A stretch of 64,000 nucleotides of DNA. Origin: a virus (lineage: Duplodnaviria > Caudoviricetes). The position numbers were made by a program, and so were the translations under genes. Under the pieces are notes generated by a model that made no database searches, was not told the DNA's origin, and saw only the letters and a program-made list of their open reading frames with translations. This document shows, one piece after another, positions 49,037-57,713 of the stretch (its first letter is position 1; each line of letters begins with the position of its first letter). The DNA lies in the IMG/VR virus record IMGVR_UViG_3300021255_000152, positions 74,029-138,028 of that record; one strand, 5' to 3'.

Positions 49037-49818
49037 TAGATCATCTCCCTTTTAGCGTATTCTATTAAAAATGAACTATCAACAAATTCCCTGCATATTT
49101 CGTTAAGAAAGTCTTGTGTTGAAAGATTTATTTCTTCTGTGTATGTGAAATTATCTACAAGATTACGAATATTTTCTCCAGTAGTTTCTGCGATTGCGCG
49201 CAAAGAAGCTGCACCTAAAGTCCCATTGCGAATCTGAAGAATATACTTTTTAGTTTCTTCATCTGGACGCATACATTCGATGAAAGGTTTTCCTTCTATA
49301 TATTTGGTTAAATAATATTCATAACGAACTAAATTAGCGACCTGTTTAAAGCTAATATCACCGTTATCTAAGTAAATACGGTCTAAAGTATTTAGAGCGT
49401 TTCCTTTAATTGCTTTAACCGCAAGTTCTGGATTTAATTTACTTATCTCTTCTCTCTTGGAGCATAAAGATTCCCAAATTTTCTTATAGGCTGGATTAAT
49501 AATACAATATTCCGTATATAAGATTTCTAATACATTTATATTCTGTTTAGTAATCTCTTTAATAAACTGACGAATATCTTTAACTTTAATATGTTCTCCT
49601 GTTTCTGGAAATATTAAAGTAGCACTTTCTGGTCTGTGACCTAAATATATTTCATTAAGCGAAGGTGTAATAATTAATTGAGTATCTACATCAGATGACT
49701 CTATATCGGTACCATAATTTTGACTTCCTGTTAAAAAGATACCGACAACATTATTTATATCATATTTCTTGATAGCATAATTATAATGTTCTTGAATTCT
49801 ATCCATTACCAAGGGCAT
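49036..49818 (-). CDS. Pol-beta-superfamily nucleotidyltransferase
   Basis: GSQNYG...SDVD, N..EIL. Confidence 0.72.
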   Translation of the reverse strand: MPLVMDRIQEHYNYAIKKYDINNVVGIFLTGSQNYGTDIESSDVDTQLIITPSLNEIYLGHRPESATLIFPETGEHIKVKDIRQFIKEITKQNINVLEILYTEYCIINPAYKKIWESLCSKREEISKLNPELAVKAIKGNALNTLDRIYLDNGDISFKQVANLVRYEYYLTKYIEGKPFIECMRPDEETKKYILQIRNGTLGAASLRAIAETTGENIRNLVDNFTYTEEINLSTQDFLNEICREFVDSSFLIEYAKREMI

Positions 49819-50126
49819 CTAGGGTCTTCTCCTTCCAATTTAATTTCCGCACGCTTAATGTTTGTAACATATATATCTTTTGATTTTTCTATTTTACTCC
49901 AATAGTGAATATAAGAACAACCAGGTTCTTTGTATAAAGCTTGAACAGCTTCTCTATATTCATCTGGAATAGTATCTATTTTGTAATTGCAAAATTGCAT
50001 AAGGTAATAAAAGAGTGTTATTACATAGGCTTTTGAGAAATCAAGTTTCTTATTACCTTTAACGCAATCTTTGGCAATACGACGAATTTTATATTGTTCA
50101 TCGACTGACAAACATCTTGGTTCCAT
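49806..50126 (-). CDS. Hypothetical protein
   Basis: GAGGT RBS, operonic. Confidence 0.6.
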   Translation of the reverse strand: MEPRCLSVDEQYKIRRIAKDCVKGNKKLDFSKAYVITLFYYLMQFCNYKIDTIPDEYREAVQALYKEPGCSYIHYWSKIEKSKDIYVTNIKRAEIKLEGEDPRCPW

Positions 50127-50264
50127 ATAATACCTCTCTTTCTTATATTATATTATATATTTTAAAAATAATCAAATAAGGATATACTAATTTGGCCAAA
50201 AATTTTCTATGGGGCGAGAATTTCCGAACTTCGGCCGTTCGCGCTTGCCACCAAAAAAAGACCC

Positions 50265-50672
50265 TTATGCCTGTCGCGCAAGGGTCATAAATCTAAAATT
50301 ATAGAGATAAACTGGTTTATCATCAATTTCAAATTCAGTAAAATTGTCCTGTCTTTTTATAAGGTGTATTTTTTTACCGCTTAGGCATAATAGGGGAGTA
50401 TCTAGGTTGGTGAATATAATTAGAGATATATAATCATGAAAGTATTTTTCTTGAATTAAATTCTCTGATAACCAACTCCATCCGACATCTAACTCTTGCA
50501 TGGATATTTCATCATCGAAAGCAATGAAACTATTTTCAGAAAAAACCAATCGTTGTTTTTCTGATGTTACTTGAACCCATTTGTAACCCTCATTGTAGTA
50601 AATATACGGATTATTGAATTTGAATTGTAAAAATTTATCTCTATTACTTGTATAGGTTAGAAGTTTTATCAT
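50265..50672 (-). CDS. Hypothetical protein
   Basis: 135-aa ORF after a promoter-like TATAAT. Confidence 0.55.
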   Translation of the reverse strand: MIKLLTYTSNRDKFLQFKFNNPYIYYNEGYKWVQVTSEKQRLVFSENSFIAFDDEISMQELDVGWSWLSENLIQEKYFHDYISLIIFTNLDTPLLCLSGKKIHLIKRQDNFTEFEIDDKPVYLYNFRFMTLARQA

Positions 50673-50761
50673 ATTTATATTATAACAAAAAAAATAAAGG
50701 AGAGCAACACATGCTCTCCTTTATACAGGCTCCCAAGAGAGGAGCAATGGATATCAACGCG

Positions 50762-50842
50762 TCCAGTCAGCGGGACTTGAACCCGCACGTCTCTCGACAA
50801 CACCCCCTCAAGATGCCGTGTCTGCCATTCCACCATGACCGG
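50762..50842 (-). tRNA. tRNA-Leu(GAG)
   Basis: Cloverleaf, loop TTGAGGG, long variable arm. Confidence 0.88.
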
Positions 50843-50846
50843 AGAG

Positions 50847-50919
50847 TGCTGGTGACAGGAGTCGAACCTGCAACCTACTGATTACAAGTCAGTTGCGCTG
50901 CCAATTGCGCCACACCAGC
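50847..50919 (-). tRNA. tRNA-Thr(UGU)
   Basis: ACTGA-CTTGTAA-TCAGT. Confidence 0.93.
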
Positions 50920-51055
50920 AGAATCTAACCTTTGAAAATATTCACAACCTTTAAGCCATTCAAGTTCATGCGGATTACATCTTTGAGAACCGCATTTTTC
51001 ACAATATTTTTCTTGAAACTCTTCAAAAGTCATAGTTATACCTCCAAGGTTATAG

Positions 51056-51142
51056 TGGGTAGGGAGGGACTCGAACCCCCAAGTTTACCGCGTGGGACCT
51101 GATTTACAGTCAGGCGACTTCACCAATTTGTCACACCTACCC
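51056..51142 (-). tRNA. tRNA-Tyr(GUA)
   Basis: CCTGA-CTGTAAA-TCAGG, long variable arm. Confidence 0.88.
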
Positions 51143-51143
51143 A

Positions 51144-51356
51144 TTACTTTGTGTTGTTGTTTGAAAATATTCCACGGAATACCATACAAACAACTGTGAA
51201 TAAAATTACAAGGGGCCAACTAAATGCTACTGTCCATCCTGCTATTGAAGTGATACCAACTGTCTTAAGACCCCAACAAATAATCCATACAAGACCTGCG
51301 TTTATTAACAATGCAATAATAAGTCCAACTAACGCTCCAATAATAACTGCTACCAT
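51144..51356 (-). CDS. Small two-TM membrane protein
   Basis: AGGAGGT RBS; hydrophobic. Confidence 0.7.
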   Translation of the reverse strand: MVAVIIGALVGLIIALLINAGLVWIICWGLKTVGITSIAGWTVAFSWPLVILFTVVCMVFRGIFSNNNTK

Positions 51357-51375
51357 TTTAACCTCCTTGTAATAG

Positions 51376-51449
51376 TGACACTACGGGGATTCGAACCCGC
51401 GATTATCCGATTGAGAGCCGGATTTCCTGAACCATTAGAAGATAGTGCC
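51376..51449 (-). tRNA. tRNA-Glu(CUC)
   Basis: TCCGG-CTCTCAA-TCGGA. Confidence 0.9.
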
Positions 51450-51454
51450 ATAGG

Positions 51455-51604
51455 ATAACCCACTGGGATTCGCACCCAGATATTCTGCCTTTCACAGCAG
51501 ACCCACTGCGTACCAAGAGTCGTTTGCAACCGAGTTCTTGATAGGTATGTCCTCCTAACTGCTTGCAAGTCCAGTTAGCCATACAGACCTTATGGTATGG
51601 GTTA
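51455..51604 (-). ncRNA. tRNA-like RNA with a large structured insertion replacing the D arm
   Basis: Acceptor TAACCCA/TGGGTTA, T arm CTGGG-TGCGAAT-CCCAG, TCTGC/GCAGA stem, extra hairpins. Confidence 0.65.
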
Positions 51605-51606
51605 AG

Positions 51607-51681
51607 TCATGCCGACGGGACTCGAACCCGCGAATCCTGCCTTGAAAGGGCAGTGTGTTAAACCAGTTTCACCACGACATG
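51607..51681 (-). tRNA. tRNA-Glu(UUC)
   Basis: CTGCC-CTTTCAA-GGCAG. Confidence 0.9.
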
Positions 51682-51687
51682 AAATAG

Positions 51688-51801
51688 TGGAGGAGGAAGG
51701 GATTTGAACCCCCAAAGTCTAGAATTCTATTAACTAGTATTTTAGCGCGCTACCGACACCAGTGTTACGCACTGGCTCCGTTACCATTTGGATACTCCTC
51801 C
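51688..51801 (-). tRNA. Atypical tRNA (Tyr-like, GUA) with ~45-nt variable region and non-canonical anticodon loop
   Basis: GGAGGAG/CTCCTCC-A, D arm, CCAGT-GCGTAAC-ACTGG (no U33), T loop TTCAAAT. Confidence 0.6.
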
Positions 51802-51808
51802 ATATAAG

Positions 51809-51881
51809 CGGTCCCGACGGGTGATGCTCCCGCTATCTCTACCTTGACAGGGTAGCGACTCTGCTGACTGTCCCCGAGACC
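51809..51881 (-). tRNA. tRNA-Asp(GUC) with atypical D and T loops
   Basis: CTACC-CTGTCAA-GGTAG; T loop AGCATCA; G73. Confidence 0.78.
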
Positions 51882-51953
51882 ATATTTTAAGCTAGGATCC
51901 AACCATCCATTATGTCACCCTACCGAACGCTAACATGTGACTACCTAGCTTAG

Positions 51954-52028
51954 TGGGAATGAGAGGACTTGAACCTCCGACCTCTCGCTTATCAGGCGAA
52001 CGCTCTAGACCAGCTGAGCTACACTCCC
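51954..52028 (-). tRNA. tRNA-Ile(GAU)
   Basis: Loop CTGATAA, canonical cloverleaf. Confidence 0.93.
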
Positions 52029-52038
52029 AGAAAATGGA

Positions 52039-52212
52039 TTATCGAGGTACAACCTCGTAATCCATCGCATCTACGCGAAGATCTTCCAAACAGGTATAAT
52101 CTTCATTAACGTAGTCTGCCATATCTTGGTCAGCAAAGGGGGTTTCTCCCAGCATTGACTGCATAAGCCCCGCTGACATAATCAAGTCCCTTGAATTAAA
52201 ACGTTCTCTCAT
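52039..52212 (-). CDS. Hypothetical acidic protein, 57 aa (below track cutoff)
   Basis: AGGGG RBS; MRERFNSRDLIM...EVVPR*. Confidence 0.5.
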   Translation of the reverse strand: MRERFNSRDLIMSAGLMQSMLGETPFADQDMADYVNEDYTCLEDLRVDAMDYEVVPR

Positions 52213-52282
52213 ATTTCATTCCCCTTTCCTTACCTTACATATATATTATAACATTTATTTTTTATTTTTTCAAATAATTAGT

Positions 52283-52501
52283 ATAACCAGGTGTGCAGTT
52301 GGACGCCTCGAACAGGGCTGTTAAGAATCTATGGCTCGATATTTGGTTCCTCAATCACACGCATTTCTTGCGGATTCAACGAATAGTAACTGGGGTAGCT
52401 TACGCGGATTTTCACCGCCGCCCTCTGTGGTGTCTCCCCACTGCTTTCCGCAGGACGAACTTTATTTTCTTCACGGCTTTTAATGCTTGCCTACTGGTTA
52501 T
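52283..52501 (-). ncRNA. Candidate structured ncRNA (~220 nt)
   Basis: Terminal pairing ATAACCAG/CTGGTTAT, internal GC-rich hairpins, no credible ORF. Confidence 0.5.
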
Positions 52502-52681
52502 GAAAAGATCTAAGGCAGAGTGACGACTCTCCTAAATTCAACTGCGTCTCCTACTTATGTAGTAATTGAATTACCTTAGACCTTGCAAGGCACAACCCTT
52601 GCGCGCAGGTGACTTTACCTGGAGTTCCCCGACTTTTTTAAGTCCAGTATAACAACATACACTATCGGGTGGTGGAACTAA

Positions 52682-53188
52682 TTATTTTTCAAGTCTAATA
52701 ACCTGATCTGGTTCAACTTCTGTAGAGAAATATACGCCATCAAGGCCGATAAGATCTCTAGCGACATCCTGATAAAGTACGGATGTAATGCCCTGTTCTG
52801 TACCAAGGTCATCGCTGAAATACTGAGCAACGTCCTTCTTAAATACTACGTGAGTAATAGGCTGACTGTAGAGTCCCTGGAATTCAGAGCAGTGAGAGAA
52901 AATTGGATTGCCCTTAAAAGCAGTGGAATAAAGAGTTGCTTTACCTGCTCCTGTAAGATTATTACCAGGCACAACAGTAATTTTAAGGGAAACTGCCCCA
53001 AAAATTTGTTCGCAAGGAAGAAGCTGAGAAATTGCTTCTGCCTTTTCAAGATCTTCTACATAGAGCTTAACCTCAAGATTGTCCTCGTCAAAGACGATGT
53101 TAATTCCTGGATCCTTGCCAAAAAGAACACGAAGTTCTCTGACATAGATATACCAAGGAGCGGATAACTTTAACTTATTCTGGTCCAT
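52682..53188 (-). CDS. Hypothetical phage protein
   Basis: AGGAG RBS; LSAPW..LFGKDP..VVFKKDVAQYFSDDL. Confidence 0.75.
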   Translation of the reverse strand: MDQNKLKLSAPWYIYVRELRVLFGKDPGINIVFDEDNLEVKLYVEDLEKAEAISQLLPCEQIFGAVSLKITVVPGNNLTGAGKATLYSTAFKGNPIFSHCSEFQGLYSQPITHVVFKKDVAQYFSDDLGTEQGITSVLYQDVARDLIGLDGVYFSTEVEPDQVIRLEK

Positions 53189-53211
53189 TTTTAATATCTC
53201 CTTTTTAAAAG

Positions 53212-53285
53212 TCTCCTCTGAGGGATTCGAACCCCCGGCACCTACGTTCGTAGCGTAGTGCTCTATTCCACTGAGCTAAGAGGAG
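53212..53285 (-). tRNA. tRNA-Arg(ACG)
   Basis: CTACG-CTACGAA-CGTAG. Confidence 0.92.
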
Positions 53286-53515
53286 ATAAGTACGCCGAAC
53301 ATCCTATTGAATCACTTTCATCTTGCGGGATTTCTATTGTTTCTTTGCCGGCAGAGTTTGAACCATTAACCGTGGCGTAGGGTAATTTAATAACGACCAG
53401 TAGATAAACTTCCCATAAAGCTACTGAATGATAGTTCTACTTCCTTTCGACAGCGCTATCAACCGAGAAGATCTTCCCAGGCATATCCGCGGTTTATGTT
53501 TCTCCTGAGAATGAG

Positions 53516-53588
53516 TCGCCCCAGTAGGACTTGAACCTACGACCCTCTGCTTGTAAGGCAGATGCTCTCCCAACTGAGCTATGGGACG
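53516..53588 (-). tRNA. tRNA-Val(UAC)
   Basis: TCTGC-CTTACAA-GCAGA. Confidence 0.93.
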
Positions 53589-53590
53589 AT

Positions 53591-53857
53591 TTAATCGTTT
53601 TCTAAATGTAAATCAGACTTTTTCATTATAGTACCATCTGCATTATAGGCTACTGTTATTCCACCTCTATATGTGGCAATAAACATAAGATAAACAACTT
53701 CTGTATCTTCATCAATAGCGTAATAAAAATGTTCATTATCTGATGAATATACAGTCATATTAGTTGGACCTTTTCCGTTATAAGCAGTATGTGGATTACT
53801 ACATCCTGTCAATAATAAAGCAGATAACACTATTTTTATTAAATCTGAAAATTTCAT
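53591..53857 (-). CDS. Small lipoprotein
   Basis: Lipobox LLLTGC; D..T.V.Y..GGIT..NADG. Confidence 0.72.
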   Translation of the reverse strand: MKFSDLIKIVLSALLLTGCSNPHTAYNGKGPTNMTVYSSDNEHFYYAIDEDTEVVYLMFIATYRGGITVAYNADGTIMKKSDLHLEND

Positions 53858-53877
53858 TTAGCATCTCTCCTTTTAAA

Positions 53878-53952
53878 TAGCAGAAGTGAGATTCGAACTC
53901 ACAACCAATAGGGTATGAATCTATTGCTCTAACCGATTGGAGCTATTCTGCT
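53878..53952 (-). tRNA. tRNA with CAU anticodon (probably elongator Met)
   Basis: Loop TTCATAC; AGCAGAA/TTCTGCT. Confidence 0.85.
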
Positions 53953-53957
53953 AAAAG

Positions 53958-54029
53958 CACCCGAGGAAGGATTCGAACCCTCATAGCTGGTTTTGGAGAC
54001 CAGAGTACTAGCCGTTGTACGACTCGGAT
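53958..54029 (-). tRNA. tRNA-Trp(CCA)
   Basis: CTGGT-CTCCAAA-ACCAG, G73. Confidence 0.9.
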
Positions 54030-54038
54030 ATATATATC

Positions 54039-54216
54039 TGCCTACCCCCAACTCCAACAGACTGCATCAGTTGCCCGAAAATTAACACCGCCATATAGAC
54101 GGGCTGATGTTCCCAATCACAGTTTCTTTTGCCACTAAGCTCGACTCAGCCAGGCTGCGAAACCTGTTTCACTGAAAGCATCATTTCGCACCAATGCTTC
54201 AGAGCCGGCGTAGGCA
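54039..54216 (-). ncRNA. Candidate structured ncRNA between tRNA-Leu and tRNA-Trp
   Basis: Closing stem TGCCTAC/GTAGGCA plus internal hairpins (CATCAG/CTGATG, AAGCAT/ATGCTT). Confidence 0.55.
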
Positions 54217-54218
54217 AG

Positions 54219-54292
54219 TAGGGAAGGTGGGATTTGAACCCACAGAACTCTGATTTTGAGTCAGATACGTATGCCAATTCCGTCACTCCCCC
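54219..54292 (-). tRNA. tRNA-Leu(CAA), short variable loop
   Basis: TCTGA-CTCAAAA-TCAGA. Confidence 0.85.
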
Positions 54293-54389
54293 ATATAAAC
54301 TCAGTAGAGCAGACATAATCTGTTTCAGGGGCTGGTAGCGCTACTTCCAGCGAAGTGGTTGCTGAGTTTATTAAGTTATATAACTTTAG

Positions 54390-54462
54390 GTTGACCTATG
54401 GGATTCGAACCCATGACATTTGCGGCCACAACGCAACGCTCTACCACTGAACTAAGGCCAAC
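54390..54462 (-). tRNA. tRNA-His(GUG)
   Basis: Loop TTGTGGC; G-1:C73. Confidence 0.92.
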
Positions 54463-54470
54463 ATAAGTCG

Positions 54471-54547
54471 AGGTACCGATCAGATTTGAACTGACGAAAT
54501 ACGGAGGTTGCAGCTCCGGGGCTTAAACCAGACTTGCCAACGGTACC
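54471..54547 (-). tRNA. tRNA-Cys(GCA)
   Basis: CGGAG-CTGCAAC-CTCCG; U73. Confidence 0.9.
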
Positions 54548-54606
54548 CATAACTTTTCCTTACAATATTATTATATAATATTTTTTTTATTTTTTCAAAT
54601 TAGACA

Positions 54607-54798
54607 CTACAAACCTTGTTGCTTTTTGTATTCATCTTCTAACATCCAGATAAAATTATTCTTACAATCTACATCAAATTGAAGAGTTACTCGTCTGAAT
54701 TCATCTAAATCATGACTACGAAGTTCTTCATAACCGTGATCAACATCATACTTCAAATCTTCAATTAACTTATCAATCTTAATAGTTCTTTCTTCCAT
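54607..54798 (-). CDS. Hypothetical protein
   Basis: AGGAG RBS, 63 aa. Confidence 0.55.
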   Translation of the reverse strand: MEERTIKIDKLIEDLKYDVDHGYEELRSHDLDEFRRVTLQFDVDCKNNFIWMLEDEYKKQQGL

Positions 54799-54807
54799 AA
54801 TATCTCC

Positions 54808-55659
54808 TTAGAAAATCAAGCTACCTTTATCATCCCAACGGCTGTATAAATGTCCATTAGGACGAAGAATAGCATATTTCATTTCATCAATACTGTCTTT
54901 GCTCATGCAATTAGTATCAACAACAGTAGAAATACCATCTACTGAATACTGAATGAATCCATAAGGAAGACGCGCAATCGCAACGCCCTTGTCGCAAACA
55001 TAGTCGATAATTTCTTTGAACTTTGCTTCTGGATATTCATGTTTTTCTACCCAGCTAGCTTCTTTACCATTTCCACTCTTGTAAATTTTTCTAAAAGTTA
55101 ATTGATCTACATTGTAAAAATCAGCCCAAGCAAAGAAGAAATCAGGATCAAATTTAATAAAAGCATCTGTTAAATTAAGACAAACACGTACATTTAAATG
55201 ACAATGTTTCGCTTCATCAATAAGCTGTGCAATAGTCATAATTCGTTTATTCTGTGGGGTATGAGTAATATCCCAATTCTCAATAGGGTAGAAAGAATTT
55301 ACAGATAATGCTAATGTAGTAACTCCTGCTTCAGCTAAATTCCGAATATCAATAGGGGTTAAACCAGAGCCAGTAGTCTGAATTGCAATGTTATAGAAAG
55401 GCTTGCGCATCAGACGATTAGCTTTAAGCATTTTATAAATGAAAGGTAGATTCTGCTGCGGTTCAGCAGTTCCAGTAATAATCATAGAATTACAGCCCTC
55501 TTCGCGCACGAACTCCATTTTATCAATATATCTTTCTGGAATGGTGTCAAAATTAAGATTATTACCATAATCTTCATTATGCATTCTCGATACACAAAAA
55601 GCACAATGGTTCCAGCATATTCCTGTTGGCACTACAATGGATAATGACTGTATATTCAT
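54808..55659 (-). CDS. Stand-alone radical SAM protein (no SPASM domain)
   Basis: CWNHCAFC, ITGTAEP, QTTG. Confidence 0.85.
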   Translation of the reverse strand: MNIQSLSIVVPTGICWNHCAFCVSRMHNEDYGNNLNFDTIPERYIDKMEFVREEGCNSMIITGTAEPQQNLPFIYKMLKANRLMRKPFYNIAIQTTGSGLTPIDIRNLAEAGVTTLALSVNSFYPIENWDITHTPQNKRIMTIAQLIDEAKHCHLNVRVCLNLTDAFIKFDPDFFFAWADFYNVDQLTFRKIYKSGNGKEASWVEKHEYPEAKFKEIIDYVCDKGVAIARLPYGFIQYSVDGISTVVDTNCMSKDSIDEMKYAILRPNGHLYSRWDDKGSLIF

Positions 55660-55733
55660 AATTACTATATCCTTTCCTTTATATAATAATTATATCATTT
55701 ATTTTTTAATTTTTCAATAAAAAGAAGAAGAAG

Positions 55734-57596
55734 CTAAGCTTCTTCTTCCTCTTCTTCTTTTTTCTTGTTCTGTGTTAATCCAGCTAAGACTACGCTAATT
55801 GCAAATATTAGTACCATAGGAATAGTCCATTTATCTACAAGAACCATTGGCAAACTCATATCCTCAGTGAGGATAAACATCATTACTGCAAGTACCGCAG
55901 GTAATAAGCCAAGAATCTTGGTGAGTTTATGTTTGCCTTCATCTTCTTCTTTTGGATGTTCTTCTTCATCTTCATATGTTTTCTTGAAGATGAAAGTTAT
56001 TAACATTCCAAGAGCAATGAGTACAGAACCAACAGTCATAATTAAATTGATTAATGCCCAGGTTCCTCTTTGAGGCATAACTAAAGGAGCAGCCATATCT
56101 TCAATAGTAACTTCTCTAATTAATTCAGGTTCTTCTTCCTCAATATCATCTACTACTATTACAGCAGGTTCCTCTTCAGCTTCTGCGGCAATAACAAATG
56201 GAGTGAAAATCTCTGTAATTACTTCTGGAATAATTTCAGGGATTGGAATGATAATTGGTTCTGGTTCAGGCTCTACTGTTGGAGTAAGCTCTGGATCAGG
56301 ACTTGGAGCAGGTGTAGGATCTGGGGATGGACTTGGTTCTGGAGAAGGAGTTGGATCTGGACTTGAAGTAGGTTCAGGATCTGTTTTCTCTGGAATATCA
56401 ATTAAATCCATTTTATCTAATTTATCAAGATAATTGCCTTTTGTTGGTGCGGTTGGATTTTCCATATAATCAGGTGTATATTCCTGATATTCTGGTTCAT
56501 ATTCTACAGGTTCATCCCAAATTCTTTGGAAAATATATGTGAATATTGCCAAAATATTTTTTGGTTTTGTACCATCTATTGTGCGTTCAACTACAGTCTC
56601 CTCTTTAATCTTACCATCTTCATAATAATGCTGAGTTCTCTCTTCTGGAGTAAATTGAACGACATATGTTTCTCCACCCTTACCTGTTTGGGTATCAAAA
56701 TCATAATTCCATCCATAATCTAAAGTGTTAGAGTTTGATGCAATTATGCTACCTGGAGTCCAAACACCCTGAGTGTAGTCTTCAACATTTCGCACAAATC
56801 TTGCATCATAAGCTTGCATTTTATACTGCTTGCCATTGTGTCGAATAGTTGTATCTTTATAAGTTTCAGCTTCACTCTTAATAGTTGCGGTGTCGTTTAA
56901 ATCTATCTTCGCAACTTCCCATTCTGCAAAAATCATTGCATCTTTTGCTTCTTGATTGATTTCAAAGCTATCTTCTGTTACTTTATCAAATAAAGTAGGT
57001 GGAGCATATTCTGAATCTAAATATAAATGTAGATTCATAATTGAAACTTCTTCACCAGATTTTTCTGTGGCTTCTTCAACTTCGATTGTTTTTAAATCTT
57101 CAGTTGTATCTGACCAATCTGTTGGTAATTCTTCGGCATCGGTTGTGTAATTCTCAATGACCGTACCAGGAGCATTCTCTTCTACTTTAGCTTCGACAGC
57201 TGCAATTTCTGCTTGAGACTCTTCAACCTTTACATCTTCTTCGGCATTGTGCGCTTCTACCTCAGCGACTTTTTCATCTTCTTCTGCGTTGTGAGCAGCA
57301 ACTTCTTCTACTTGTTGTTCATATTCTTGAACTTGAGTTTCATATACCTCATCTACTTGCTGATTATATTCATCAACATAGGTATTATATTCATCAACTT
57401 GAGTATTATACTCATTAATTAATTCATTAGAACCTTCTGGATCGGATTCATCAATAACTGGTTGTTGTGGAATATCCATTTCAACAATTTCTTCTGTTGG
57501 AGTTTCTTCCTCTTCAGGTCTGTCATCTGCATATGTGTGCGCAGTAGAAAGTGGTAAAGCTAATGCCAAAGTCAATAAGAATATTTTCTTTTTCAT
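55734..57596 (-). CDS. Acidic cell-surface protein with signal peptide, Pro-rich stalk and C-terminal 3-TM anchor
   Basis: MKKKIFLLTLALAL signal; (P-[TS]-P-[SD]) repeats; WALINLI...TM-TM-TM. Confidence 0.8.
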   Translation of the reverse strand: MKKKIFLLTLALALPLSTAHTYADDRPEEEETPTEEIVEMDIPQQPVIDESDPEGSNELINEYNTQVDEYNTYVDEYNQQVDEVYETQVQEYEQQVEEVAAHNAEEDEKVAEVEAHNAEEDVKVEESQAEIAAVEAKVEENAPGTVIENYTTDAEELPTDWSDTTEDLKTIEVEEATEKSGEEVSIMNLHLYLDSEYAPPTLFDKVTEDSFEINQEAKDAMIFAEWEVAKIDLNDTATIKSEAETYKDTTIRHNGKQYKMQAYDARFVRNVEDYTQGVWTPGSIIASNSNTLDYGWNYDFDTQTGKGGETYVVQFTPEERTQHYYEDGKIKEETVVERTIDGTKPKNILAIFTYIFQRIWDEPVEYEPEYQEYTPDYMENPTAPTKGNYLDKLDKMDLIDIPEKTDPEPTSSPDPTPSPEPSPSPDPTPAPSPDPELTPTVEPEPEPIIIPIPEIIPEVITEIFTPFVIAAEAEEEPAVIVVDDIEEEEPELIREVTIEDMAAPLVMPQRGTWALINLIMTVGSVLIALGMLITFIFKKTYEDEEEHPKEEDEGKHKLTKILGLLPAVLAVMMFILTEDMSLPMVLVDKWTIPMVLIFAISVVLAGLTQNKKKEEEEEEA

Positions 57597-57713
57597 ACTT
57601 TGCCTCCTATAAGTTCATAAACATAAAGAAACAATGCGCTTGTTCCTTTGTGTATTAAAACTACAAGGAGAGTTTTCTACATATATTATAACATTTATTT
57701 TTTATTTTAACAA

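Noticed and set aside
51350-51568. Track ORFs over RNA genes (also 50648..50881, 52293..52523, 58978..59295, 59231..59482, 59317..59511, 63804..63995, and the 5' part of 61682..62188)
   Set aside because: They overlap tRNAs, tmRNA or structured RNAs; higher GC explains the open frames.
54295-54371. Hammerhead ribozyme
   Set aside because: A three-way junction with GAAA is present, but the CUGANGA core is not found on either strand.
56270-56385. Tandem DNA repeat as a separate element
   Set aside because: It simply encodes the Pro/Ser/Thr stalk of the surface protein.
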